Below are positions 1 through 11,564 of a stretch of DNA of 62,000 nucleotides, one piece after another. Source of the stretch: Wallemia ichthyophaga EXF-994. Lineage: Eukaryota; Fungi; Basidiomycota. The stretch is taken from contig NW_008806281.1 of the NCBI RefSeq assembly GCF_000400465.1, forward strand, positions 206,001-268,000, in the 5' to 3' direction. The notes beneath the pieces were generated by a model. That model saw nothing but the letters and a program-made list of their open reading frames with translations, had not been told where the DNA came from and searched no databases. The translations under genes were made by a program, and so were the position numbers. Numbering within the stretch: position 1 is the first letter of the stretch; every line of letters starts with the position of its first letter.

Positions 1-49
1 TGAGTAATGATAAATGAGGCACGCGCGCCCGCACTTACACCCAAATCAG

Positions 50-945
50 GATTTCTGTATATTCGGACCAAAGGAAGCCGACAAAACGATTGGCGACACG
101 GAATCTGAGCAGGTAGCTTGGTGCACGCAACCGCGCAACAACGCGCGCCTGATTCCCGAAGATACTTTCACGGGTGCGTAGGATTATAAGTGCAGGAGTG
201 CGCGCATCGAGACAGTCGCTCACAACACCGCACAGGCCTGCACTTCGTCAAGACACCCTACTACATCCAGCTGCAAGGGTGGGGAGATCTGACCAAGATC
301 GGGGTGAAGGACGGCGACTACGGCGGCGAGCTCGACCCACACGGTGCCGAAGGAAATGGGAACCCTGTCGGTGGGAATGTCACATCTAACATAACTGGTG
401 ATGCGGTATTCTACGAGGAGTGGATGGAATTCATTTCGTATGAGCAATTCTGTCTGCGTGTATGTACGGCAGCGGACGATATGTGGGATGCGTCAACTAT
501 GTGCGAGCACAAGCTGGACGAGATGGGCTGTGGGTTCATCATGCCTGGTGATTATGCGGGCAAGCAGGATGAATTTATTTCGTGCGATGCAGACGCAGCT
601 TTCCCCCCAGGTGTTTATCCAGATGGAGACGGCTACAGCACTTTCAACCAGCGCTACACGGGTACTATCACCTCTAACACTTATGAGGTATACACCGTAG
701 GCGATACAGCTACCCCGTCGGCACCGTACAGCACACCTTCTAGCTCCAACTGTGCCACCCAGTCCAGTCTGCATATGTACGTGCACACAGAGAGCGAAAG
801 CGACGGCCCGCAATCAACCTCCGACGACAGCGGCAACAGTAGCACACAGGCAGAGAACGGTGATAGCGGTGCACGTAACATGGCTCTCGGCGCCATCGCT
901 ACTGTCTCCATTGGGCTCATTAGTGCATTCGCTGTCTTGTCTTAA
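50..945 (+). CDS. Secreted Cys-rich, Ser/Thr-tailed, probably GPI-anchored mannoprotein (Cryptococcus MP88 / macrophage-activating glycoprotein-like); 5' end lies outside the window
   Basis: Spliced reading DFCIFGP...QVAWCTQPRNNARLIP...LHFVKTPYYIQLQGWGDLTKI...GGELDPHGAEGNGNPVGG; Ser/Thr-rich linker and hydrophobic C-terminus. Confidence 0.72.
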
Positions 946-1111
946 TTACACTCTTTAATGTATTTATTGTATAATTGTATGGTGAAAATGAATGAATAGT
1001 ACAAGTGTGTTGATTTTTAAACATGCTAATTTGATATCCTGAACAATGCAAACTACAACTACACTTCTGCATCTACAGCAGTCTCCTCAGGAACCGATTT
1101 TGACTGCACTA

Positions 1112-3866
1112 CTAGTACCTGCGGACAGCCCATTTCGTTCCTCTTGTTTGAACAGCCGAGGTCGAGTGAAACAGATTGTGCGACGGAGCCTGTGTAGTGT
1201 ATGAGATAATAGCATCAAGTAAAGAGCTCAACCCACCTAAAACCCTACCAATATCACTAATCTCGCCTCTTTCCTCTGTGCTTATATCATATGCGTTCCC
1301 CCTCAGCAGTTCCTCCGCCTGGGACCGAAAGAGCGATGTGCGCTGCTGGTCGAGTTTCGCGCGCCCGACGACGACCATATCCTCTGAATGAGGATCAGGC
1401 AGTGCCGAGTGAAGCGAGTCTAGTAGGGTAGTGAGGATGCTTTCCGCGTCGACCTTTATATCGATACGGTGAGGAGTGCCATCGGGAGGAGTGTCGGGCA
1501 CATCATTCTGAGCAGAAGCGGTTGCGCCTTCACCACCACCCTCGTCATCACCAAGCCCGCCCGCACCCACATCGTGCGACGCGCGTCTGTGGAACATATG
1601 ACTCAGACCTCTGCTCTCCTGTATACCAGGTGCGACCATAGTGATCTGACCATGAAGCGTGTTATCGTCGTGTTTTTGTGGCAGCCCCATTCCCGGAGAA
1701 ACCATTTGAGTGAGCTCAGCCTCCTGTGCCAATTTGCTCTCGTGCGTTTCCGATTGAATGGTCAAGTTGAGTATGACGACATCGACAGATTGGATCCGTC
1801 GCACTATCTCTCGCGCACAATCATCATCTTTGCCACCGAAAAAGATGAGAAGGACTTTAGGACGTCTGGGAGATTTCTTCGCATGGCTGCTAGCATGTCG
1901 CAGTATATCGAGGGGTTGCACTATCACGCCCATCTCCGCTATGTATTGTGACTCTTTCAGTAACGCACCAGCGAAAGAGCGCGGCTTGTTGATGTCATTC
2001 GCAATTGTCGTCGCTGCAGTTCCGAAAGCCCCGCTGGATGGTATCCACGGCGTTATGACTATGCCTGAGGTGGAGATGGATTGCATGTACTCGAGCGTCA
2101 CGCGCACATGATCGACACGCTCAACTAGTAAAGATGTGGACTTGTGGTGAGTGTTGACTAAGCCGGATAGCTTCTCGAATGAGGTTAGCGCATTAACTAG
2201 TTCCAGACCCTCACTGTTTATGTTCATGTGCGAGTGTCCAAGGTACTCGGCTGCAGTGGCACGTGCTATGTATGCACGTGAAGTTATGTCGATTGCATGC
2301 AAATGAAGATTGACTACGTTGAAGCCGGGCGTCGATGACGACAGGAGCGAAAGAAACTTGAGGGTAGGGGTTAAAGGAGGAGCCATGGTATTAAAGACAA
2401 TAAGAACGCTCTTGGAGGCTGACGGAGATTCCTCTTGAGTAATACCCCCCTCATTCTTTTCAATGTCCTTCTCGTCGACGGGGTGTGCGTGGAGATCGAT
2501 TCTGTTGAGATAGACCCAGTCTGCGAGCGGACGTACGGTGAGAGTGGTAAGAATAAAGACCATGACAAGCTGTGCGTAGACTAGTTCGGAAATAACACCA
2601 AGCTCTAAACCGACAGAGAGAATAACGAGCTCTATAACACCCTTGGATTGCATCAAGAAAGCTACACACATGGCTTGGCGCCACGGGAGACCGACTAAAA
2701 GACAGCTAACGGCGGTGCAGCCACCCTTGCTAATAAAGGTGGCTGCAAGGAGGAGGAAGATAAGACCCCAAATCTTACCGCTATCGAGAAGGATAAAGTT
2801 GGTGTTAAGACCGCTGGATACGAAATAGAGAGGGAGAAGGAAAATCATGATCGGAGTTTCGATTCTTTCAGTCATCTTCTCTGGGAAATCATGCTCGTGG
2901 GGACAGCAAGCGCCAAAAGCGAAAGCACCGACCATAGGGTGCAAGCCTAGGATGTCAGTAAACCAAGAGCTGATAAGGGCGCCAACTATAGTAAGAGTAG
3001 CGATACCAGTAGTCAGTTTGTACTCGTTTCTGCGATAGAAGTAGCTGATAATGTGACGAGTGACAAACCACATGAAGATGACTTCGCCAATCAAGCAGAG
3101 AAGCTCCCATAGGGCGTTGATCTGATCACCGCCAGAGGACACGGCAGTGGAGATAGCGAGAAGAATGTAGCCCATGGCGTCATTGCAGACACCTGCAGCT
3201 ATAGCGATTGCACCGAGTTTAGTGGAAATGATGTTGAGTTCAACGAGAATGCGAGAGAGAATAGAGAGAGCGGTAACAGCCATTGAAGTTGCGATGAAGA
3301 GGAAAAAGCCGATAAAGTTGATGGAAGGGTCAGCGAATTCTTGGTACATGAGTACAGACACGCCAACAGATACGCCGAAAGGAACTAGGAGACCTGGGAT
3401 AGTGGTAACCATAGTTTCCTTCCACAAACGTTTCATCAAATCGATATCAGTCTCTAGGCCGACAAGAAAGAGGAAAAGGGCGAGACCGACGTTGCTGGTG
3501 AGGGCTGGAGGGGGTTATTAAGGGGAAATGAAGTATAAAGGATCCTACTAACACAACAAAGCCTTGTGTTCGTCGCTGAATATTGTCTGGGTGAAACCGG
3601 GTATTGCGCCAAAGGCCTGGGGAGAGTGAGCGACTAAGGATGGGAGATTGCAGCAAAAAGATACACACTGTTGGACCTAGTAAAATACCCGCGATAATCT
3701 CACCGACGACTGGTGGCTGCTTGATGAATTTTAACCCGAATGATAAGATTCGGCATAAGATGATGATGATGATAAGCTGGAGGAGGAAGACGGTAATGTT
3801 TTTTACAGGATTATTCTCGTCGTTAAGTGGATTTTGCTTTGCCAGGATGCCGTATAGGGACGACAT
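1112..3866 (-). CDS. KHA1: CPA2-family cation/H+ antiporter (Kha1-like K+/H+ exchanger), two 5' introns
   Basis: FLLQLIIIIILCRIL...KQPPVVGEIIAGILLGPT, ACNDAMGY-like AAGVCNDAMG, FLLPLYFVSSGLNT, MQSKGVIELVILSVG; many TM segments followed by a soluble C-terminal domain. Confidence 0.85.
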
Positions 3867-3973
3867 GATGGCTGTTGGGGGACAAGGGTTGTGACAGCCA
3901 AGAGACGCAGCTTCAGGGGTATTTGACAAGTATGACAATTATTAATTAAAATCAATTTACAAGATTGAATTCA

Positions 3974-4800
3974 TCAGGTCATTGCGGATTGAGCATCCAA
4001 TTGAGCCTGCAATCTAGTCTTCCTTCTGTCGTCTTCTTCCTTGTTTTCCCTTTCAATGGCTTCTACAATCTGCTCAACCTGGGCAGATTCCAGCTGCGTG
4101 CTCTTCTCGCCCTTCTTGAGAATTGATATGTCAATGTTCTTAGCCCCAGTTTGCACGACTTGGAGGAGTGATTTGATAGTGAGCTTGATAGCGTCATCGT
4201 CGCTGAGATCATCCTTGTAGTTCTTCTCTAAGAATTCCCTGACAGTCTTTGATGATCTACCGATGCTGTTTGCTTTCCATGCAGTATAAATCCCAGAAGG
4301 CTCAGTCAGGTATAATTTTGGAGTATTTTCGTAAGGATCGAACCCAGAAAGCAAGCAGCTAATACCAAACGGTCTAACACCACCAGATTGAGTATATTTT
4401 TGTTGAATTTGAGCTATGTGGCGGGTTATATACTCCACTGTAACAGCGTCCTCTACGGTGAGTCGGTGTGACTGGCATTCGAGCCTAGCTTTATCAACCA
4501 ACACTCTAGCATCAGCTGTAAGTCCTGCAAATGCCAATGAAATGTGGTCATCCAATCCAACAACCTTCTTCAACGATCTCGCGTCTTGAAGCTGTAAAAC
4601 TGACTTCTTCTCGACAGCAAGAATAACGCAGTCTTTACCAACTAAACCAACTGCGCATGTTCCCTTTCTCACCGCCTCCAACGCGTATTCCACCTGGGAC
4701 ACATACGTAAGCCACGAATAACACAGCGCACACAACAAACCTGGAATAAGTGACCGTCTGGTGAGAATACCGTGAGTGCTCTATCATATGATCTGGACAT
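3974..4800 (-). CDS. PRE6: 20S proteasome subunit alpha-4
   Basis: Exon 1 MSRSYDRALTVFSPDGHLFQ spliced to VEYALEAVRKG...YTQSGGVRPFGIS. Confidence 0.95.
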
Positions 4801-4864
4801 TTTCTCTTATTTGCGTGATGGTGAAAGATAGAAGCTGGCTCAATGGGTCTGGCTCAATCGAAAC

Positions 4865-5960
4865 ATGTCAAATCAGGATATTTTAAAAAGTTTAAATTAC
4901 CTCGACAATTTAGATAATTTAGATATAAAGCTATCGAAATTAAATTTAAAATCTTCAACACACTCCCATTTACTCAGTCAGGTGAGGTGTTATCGAGATG
5001 AGCTAGGGAGGTATAAGGAGAGAGTAGATAGCAATTATGACGACATAAGTGTTATCAATGGAAGTATTCAAGCTATCAACACGCAACTCACACGAGCCAT
5101 CGAGCATAACACTCAATTTACCAGCTCAGTCCGTCAATTACTCAATTCCACACACACACTCCAATCCAAGTTGCAATCCACAGAGCAATTCCTCGAAACC
5201 TTCACTCTCCCTCCCCAAGCAGTCCTCTTGCTCAGTTCGAAAGACTACAACATGGATTACCCACTCCTCGACGCGCTAACGCGTCTGAACGACATCCGCC
5301 ACAAAGCCCAATTGCTACACACGCCCACTGGCGACCAATCCACGGCAGCTCTCGACATTCTCCACACATCCTCACCGCTATGTGAAACCGCGTATGTGAA
5401 AATTTGCAAGTATCTCAAACACCAATTCGACATGCACTATGCCAAGAGGGGCGGAGGGGAGGTCATTGTGGAAGGGCTGCACGTTGCGTGTCTGGAGCAC
5501 CTAGCCCAACGTGATGATCTCTACCATGAGGTGCTAGTACATCTGGCCAAACTCCGCAGAATGCTTCTACAATCACAATTCCTTACTGCCCTCGCAAACT
5601 TGGAAAGCAATGAGGATATCATCACCCATCCCGTTCGCTTCGCGGGCGAGTTGCTCGCGTGGCTCCACCAGCATGCGGCTGATGAGAAGGAGTTGATGAG
5701 CGACCTCCTCGCAAAGAAACCCGTCGAGGAAACTCTCTCTAGCGCTCTGTTGGATGTATCGCGGAGGATTAGGGTGGGTTTGCGCACTATACTCAACACG
5801 CTTCGCTAACTCACTCCCCGTCTCTCAGCTTCACCTAACACACGCACTCAGCTTCACTCACCGCTCGGAACAACTCACTGACCTTATTGGCTTCTATAAA
5901 GACACACTCACACAAAGCATACCTGTAGCTAGCATAACCGATCTATTTGCCTATCTTTGA
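4865..5960 (+). CDS. COG6: Conserved oligomeric Golgi complex subunit 6, short form (~346 aa)
   Basis: HPVRFAGELLAWLHQHAADEKEL motif and FLETFTL..E/A..L region; intron 5774-5828; stops 62 nt before the LYS4 stop. Confidence 0.72.
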
Positions 5961-6022
5961 CATGTCCATGTGTGTGTGTGTCTATATGAATGTATAACTA
6001 ATACTTTTAAACTCAAAACACC

Positions 6023-8221
6023 CTAAGCAGCCGCAATGGATCTCTTCACCCAACCTTCGAGACCACCCGCTGTCCAAATATCCTGCACGGCGGTACCAAC
6101 TCTAGGAGCTATGTAAGATTTGACGACGTTGCGGTCCGCGTCGACGACCTCAATGAGTCCATCAGCGGTAGAAACACGGACATTCCACCCAGTATGCACC
6201 GTCTGTTCACCATTACGACCACCCATACCGCGTTGATTATCTGGAGTGAATTTGCTAGTCATATCCTCAATCAACTCGGGACACTCGACGACGATGAGGC
6301 CGTTATTGATGGCATTACGGCGGTACACATCACCGAAACTTCCGCCGAGAACGAGAGGGATACCGGCATTAAGCAGGGCTGTTGCGGCTTGTTCGCGTGA
6401 TGAGCCTGTACCAAAGTTGAAACCGGAGGCGAGGACGACGCCGGAGTGTGTGGACGTATTGTCATTAACCCTGCTACTCGACTCACGCTCATGCAGCTTC
6501 TTCACCACTCCCGCAAACGACACGTCGTAGTTCTCCATGACCACCTCGGCCTGTTTGGCAGCGGTGATATCGTCCTGGTATGTGTATTTGCCGGGATACA
6601 TCCCATCCGTGGTGAGGTTATCCTGAGGGGCGAAGAGAAGTGGGCCTTCGAACATGGCTGGGAAGCCTGGCAGGAGTGGTTCCTTTGGAATGTTTTGGTT
6701 AACGTTTTGTGTTGTGCTCTCCTCCTTCTCACCACCATTTTCAATACTCCATTCGGGTTTATTGCTCGTGCTGAGGTGGAGATTATCGTGGAGTCCAGTA
6801 CCGGTGATATGCCCATTGATAGCACTCGCCGCTACGACAGCAGGAGAAGCGAGGTAAGCGAGGGCATTAGGTGAGCCCATCCTGCCTTTATAGTTGCGGT
6901 TCGTAGCGCTAATACCGACCTCGCCATCTTCGAGCAACCCAACACCTAGGCCAATACAAGGGCCGCAACCAGCCGGAAGAGGGCGGGCACCGGCATCTAG
7001 CAGTGTCTGCCAATCACCGCTCATCTCGCTATCCTTCTGCACGACTGAGGATGCAGCAGCGATGTAGAATTGCACACCCTCCGCCACTTGTCGTCCACGC
7101 ACAACCGCCGCCGCAGCTGCTATATCAGACGCACGACTATTGGTGCAGCTCACCAAATACGCCTTGTCGATCTTGACAGAGCGCTCTTGTAACACAGGCA
7201 GCGGCGTCGATACTTTCACCGAGTTGGGGCCGGATACGTGCGGCACAAGCGTGTCGAGTTGGAGAGAGAGGTGGGCGGCGTATTGCGCGTCATCGTCAGC
7301 ACGCAGGACATTACCAGCCAACGCGCGGATCCTGTCGCTGTTGATGCGCGGGTGCGGGCTGCCGGGTTGGTGGCCAGCGGAGGGAGCGAGGGCGGAGAAC
7401 ACCCCAAGATCGAGCTTCTTCGCCTGTGCTTCGTACCAAGCAAGTGTATGCTCGTCGACGGGGAACACCCCAGCCAGTGCCCCCCATTCGGTGGTCATGT
7501 TCGCAATGGCGAGACGCTCGTCGATGGATAGCATGGATACACCGTCACCGACAAACTCAATGACGCTGTTGAGCACCTCGTCGTGGTTGAAAGTGCCGCA
7601 GAGCGCAACTATTACATCCTTTCCACTGACGCCCGGCTGCAGACTGCCCTTCAACTCTACTTTGACGACGGGAGGTACTTGCCACCAGGTGCGTTGGGTT
7701 GCCCAGATGGCAGCAGCGTCTGTGCGCACTATCGGTGTTCCCAGACAGCCTACACCGCCGTACATGTTAGAATGGCTATCACTGGCTACGACTAGCGACT
7801 GTGGCCACGCGTACCCCTCCTCGATGAGGATTTGGTGACCTATTCCCCTCCCGGCTGGATAGAAATCTACACCGTGTTTATTCGCAAAGGCCTCGATTTT
7901 AGCGTACTTTTCCAAGTTCTTGTCAGATTTGTTCTGTACATCGTGGTCTATAGTGAAAACGGGTTGTCGGGGATTCGAGAAGCTGGTGGCGCCGATAGCA
8001 GCGAATTTGGAAATGACGGGACCAGTGTTATCGTGTGTCATGATATGCTGTGGCTTGATCATGACGTAGTCACCAGATCTCACAGGCTTTGTAGGAGTGG
8101 TGTACTGGCTGACGATCTTCTCGACGAGGGATTGGCGTTGGAGGGGAGTGGGAGAAGTGGAAATGAGTCTGTGAGTGTGTTTCCCGTAATTAGTAAATCT
8201 TCTTCCAAATCCACCAATCAT
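6023..8221 (-). CDS. LYS4: Mitochondrial homoaconitase
   Basis: MTHDNT, DSHSNMYGG, LVSCTNSRASD, GCGPCIGLG, ISATNRNYKGRMGS; N-terminal presequence-like stretch; single ORF. Confidence 0.97.
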   Translation of the reverse strand: MIGGFGRRFTNYGKHTHRLISTSPTPLQRQSLVEKIVSQYTTPTKPVRSGDYVMIKPQHIMTHDNTGPVISKFAAIGATSFSNPRQPVFTIDHDVQNKSDKNLEKYAKIEAFANKHGVDFYPAGRGIGHQILIEEGYAWPQSLVVASDSHSNMYGGVGCLGTPIVRTDAAAIWATQRTWWQVPPVVKVELKGSLQPGVSGKDVIVALCGTFNHDEVLNSVIEFVGDGVSMLSIDERLAIANMTTEWGALAGVFPVDEHTLAWYEAQAKKLDLGVFSALAPSAGHQPGSPHPRINSDRIRALAGNVLRADDDAQYAAHLSLQLDTLVPHVSGPNSVKVSTPLPVLQERSVKIDKAYLVSCTNSRASDIAAAAAVVRGRQVAEGVQFYIAAASSVVQKDSEMSGDWQTLLDAGARPLPAGCGPCIGLGVGLLEDGEVGISATNRNYKGRMGSPNALAYLASPAVVAASAINGHITGTGLHDNLHLSTSNKPEWSIENGGEKEESTTQNVNQNIPKEPLLPGFPAMFEGPLLFAPQDNLTTDGMYPGKYTYQDDITAAKQAEVVMENYDVSFAGVVKKLHERESSSRVNDNTSTHSGVVLASGFNFGTGSSREQAATALLNAGIPLVLGGSFGDVYRRNAINNGLIVVECPELIEDMTSKFTPDNQRGMGGRNGEQTVHTGWNVRVSTADGLIEVVDADRNVVKSYIAPRVGTAVQDIWTAGGLEGWVKRSIAAA

Positions 8222-8270
8222 TTCATTAATAATTCCTCAAGATGGTTGTTGATCCGCTACAACCAACAAA
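8222..8270. promoter_or_regulatory. Presumed shared bidirectional promoter/5' UTR between LYS4 and GRX3/4 (49 nt)
   Basis: Divergent ATGs at 8221 (-) and 8271 (+). Confidence 0.5.
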
Positions 8271-8960
8271 ATGCTCAAAGAGGTGGAATCAGCTGAAGAA
8301 TTTCAATCGTTATTGTCCAACAACCTCAATGGATTGAGCGTACTCAATTTCTGGGCTCCTTGGGCAGATCCATGCACTCAGATGAACGTTGTAGCCCGCG
8401 AACTGAGTGAGAAGCACACCGCTGTGCTATTCCTCAACATTGAAGCCGAATCTCTGCCCGATATCTCGGAAACATTCGATATTGAAGCTGTACCTTGTTT
8501 TGTGCTGCTTAGAGGTCACACTCTGTTGGATAGAATAAGTGGCGCAAACGCTGCTTTACTCGCACAGACAGTACAGAAACACTCCACCTTATCAAACAAC
8601 AACTCCTCTCAATCCACTACTAGCCAGCCTCCTCAGCCACCACTGCCCGTTGAGACCGAGGATCAGCTCAACTCGAGGTGCAACTCCATCATGAACCAAT
8701 CAGACGTCGTCTTATTCATGAAAGGGGATCCTCAAACTCCACGCTGTGGCTTCTCCAAACAGACTGTCGCTTTGTTGAGGGAACAAGGCATTCAATTCAC
8801 TCATTTTGATATTCTCCAGGATGAGAGTGTCAGGCAGAATCTCAAGAAACTCAATGATTGGCCAACATTCCCCCAAATTATCGTAAAGGGCGAACTCATC
8901 GGTGGTCTAGACATACTACGTGAAATGGTTGAAAATGGTGAAATGAAGCAGTTAGTTTGA
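8271..8960 (+). CDS. GRX4: Multidomain monothiol glutaredoxin (thioredoxin-like domain + CGFS Grx domain)
   Basis: FWAPWADPC in the Trx domain; FMKG.PQTPRCGFS, WPTFPQ, GELIGGLDI. Confidence 0.93.
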   Translation: MLKEVESAEEFQSLLSNNLNGLSVLNFWAPWADPCTQMNVVARELSEKHTAVLFLNIEAESLPDISETFDIEAVPCFVLLRGHTLLDRISGANAALLAQTVQKHSTLSNNNSSQSTTSQPPQPPLPVETEDQLNSRCNSIMNQSDVVLFMKGDPQTPRCGFSKQTVALLREQGIQFTHFDILQDESVRQNLKKLNDWPTFPQIIVKGELIGGLDILREMVENGEMKQLV

Positions 8961-9025
8961 GTTTGTGATACGTTATTTATACACTTAGTTGGTTTAATAT
9001 TACATTTGAACATTTTCACCCCTTC

Positions 9026-10245
9026 TCACTCTACTAACACCTGCTTCAATACTGCTGTGCGTATCCATTTCCTGCGACGCGTGTAACATCCCATACCATT
9101 CTTTGAACTCCATCTCTCCCATTGGTTGTCTCCATACGACCAGCCATTCTGATCAACACCATCTGCAGTACCCATTTCCTGGTTAGATCCAGCGATAGCA
9201 TCTATTGAAGACCTCGTTGGTGGATCTTTGTCGACACTTTTCTGTTTTGTCTCAGTGGGTGCCTGCGCAGAATGTCTGTTAAACTTAGCCAAGCCCTGTT
9301 TAAGAGCTTTTTCAGCACCCGATCTATCTACAGAGAAGGAGTGAGTAGAATTATCACCCTTGTCATCGTCTTCAGAGGGAATATTTGGGAGAGGGAGTAT
9401 TTTCACAGGTTTATTTTGTCCGGGAGTGGTAACCATCCAAGACTCATCTAACCAGGACCACGTGTAAACTATTTTGTCATTGGTTGATGTATCCTGGGGT
9501 AAGTTGAAAGTGTTAGGTGGCAAGACGGGATCTAGATTGCTGTCTGACCTGAAGTGAATGTGAGTGCGGGTGTAAGACTAAGCACAAATCCAACTAACCA
9601 AGTAGGTCTCTCGCCAGGAAGTAAAGCGTGTGTCCAATCAAGACCCATCCACCATCTTTGATTTTCGTATATCTCAAAACGAAACATGGTATCTTTAGAT
9701 TTACTCTTGTTACGTTTGAGAGTGTTTAGTTTGTCTTTAACCAGGGTAATGAAAGGGATGCGCTTGTCTTTGAGGGAGTATTGGCTGTTGAAGCTGTCTA
9801 GAATGACGTAAATCTCGGGGTTGTTGACTAGAAACAGGCAAGTGAAGGAGAATGAATAGAAAAAGCGTGTGGGGAGGATTAATCTGAGGAAAGCAGCAAC
9901 AGCCACAGCAATAGAAGATTGAGTAAAGGTGTAACAACCAAACTTAAACTGATTTAAACCAATATTGATCTTCTGAAGATGGATAATTGATTGATTGATA
10001 TCTTTATCGGTTTTAGTGGGTTTCTGAGTGGATTCAAATAGGCCAAAGAATAAGAAAGTCATTGCTGCTAATAATTCAACCCAATTGAAATAAAGAATAG
10101 CCAAATTCACAGCCAATAGAAAGATGAAGCTGTTTACCTTGTTATTGTATTGAAGAATATCGATTATGTTTGAAATATATCCCAGTGTATTTGTGTATTC
10201 TATTAGTAAATTCTGCAGCTCTTCTTCTCCACTGCCAATTTTCAT
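9026..10245 (-). CDS. Pex23/Pex30-family peroxin with dysferlin (DysF) domain
   Basis: FEIYENQRWWMGLDWTHALLPGERPTW and GWSYGDNQW...YTRRRKWIR DysF halves; hydrophobic N-terminal reticulon-like part; one intron. Confidence 0.82.
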
Positions 10246-10270
10246 CGTTGTAGTTTCTAATCAAACGACC
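10246..10270. promoter_or_regulatory. 25-nt spacer between divergent start codons (peroxin / NASP)
   Basis: ATG at 10245 (-) and 10271 (+). Confidence 0.45.
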
Positions 10271-11516
10271 ATGTCTGAATCATCATCAGAATTATCAAAT
10301 ATAACCCAAGAAGCACATCGACTTGTTTCTATTGGAAATTATAACGAAGCATCTAACAAATATTCTGACGCTTTAGAGATTGTACGCGATACTCACGGTG
10401 AATTGTCTGTTGAATCAGCTGCACTCCTCCTCAAATACGCTGAATCTCTCTACCTACACGCTGTATCCCAATCTGACGTCATTGGTAAATCTGATGAGGC
10501 AGGCGACACGGCAGATACGGCAGACGCGGCAAATGCAGCACACACAGCACACACTCCAAGCACAAGCAATGCAAGCACTGCAAACACTGCAAACACAGAC
10601 AATCTCATTCAGCTATCTGACGACGACGACGACGACGACAACGACGATCAAGGCGATGACGACAACCAGCCTGAACAAGACCCCGACCACTCCAACGAAG
10701 ACACCCCCGACGACGACTTCGGTGCTGCATGGGAAGTTGCCGACCTTGCCAAAGTTATCTACCAAAAGTTAGACGGCGATAACAACAAACTCTGTCTCGC
10801 AGATGCACACATGCTTCTTGGTGACATAGCACTCGAGTTGGAGACATTCGAAGCAGCCGCACTCGAATACAGCAGCTCGCTCGAGATTAAGAAACTAATT
10901 CTCAACCCGACTTCGCGAGTACTCGCAGAAGCGCATTTCAAGCTTGCCATTAGCTATGAGCTTGTACCAGGCCATGTCAGACGCGATACTGCACTCGTGC
11001 ATGTCCAAGATGCCAAAGAGGTGCTCGATGGGCGTCTTGGCGAGTTGAAAAAGCGCGTTGAAAGTGGTGCACCTGTGGAGGTGTCGGGTGAGAATGAAAA
11101 CAATGACAAACCCGCACTTAGAGAACGCGTTGAGAGATTGTCAATCGAGGATGCCACCAAAGAGATTAAAGACATCGAGGAACTCATCGGTGATCTTAGA
11201 GAAAAGGTTGGTTTACATTGTATCACACACACCCTTCTAACTAGTTCAATAGATTGCCGAACTCGAACAACCCCCTCCTCCAGCTTCTGAAGACCCTTCC
11301 AAATCTACTGTCGATGTCCTTGTCGCTGAAATGGATAAGGCTAAACAATCTGTCGCTAGCGACGCCCCCGTGAATGTACTCCAACCCAAGAAAAAGCAGG
11401 ACAAGAGGAAAGCCGAAGATCAACCTGCGAGCGAGGCTGACAAGAAGGTGAAGAGTGACCCTCACGCTCACCCAGGCAAAAAAACAGAAACAGAAAACGA
11501 AGAAACTCCAAACTAG
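10271..11516 (+). CDS. NASP/Sim3/Hif1-type histone chaperone (SHNi-TPR)
   Basis: TPR1 with acidic insertion, DDFGAAWEVADLAKVIY, ADAHMLLGDIALELETF, RVLAEAHFKLAI; C-terminal basic NLS-like KKKQDKRKAE. Confidence 0.88.
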
Positions 11517-11564
11517 CACAGATATATCACTGAAACTATTTATGTTATACAAAAATAACCCCAT

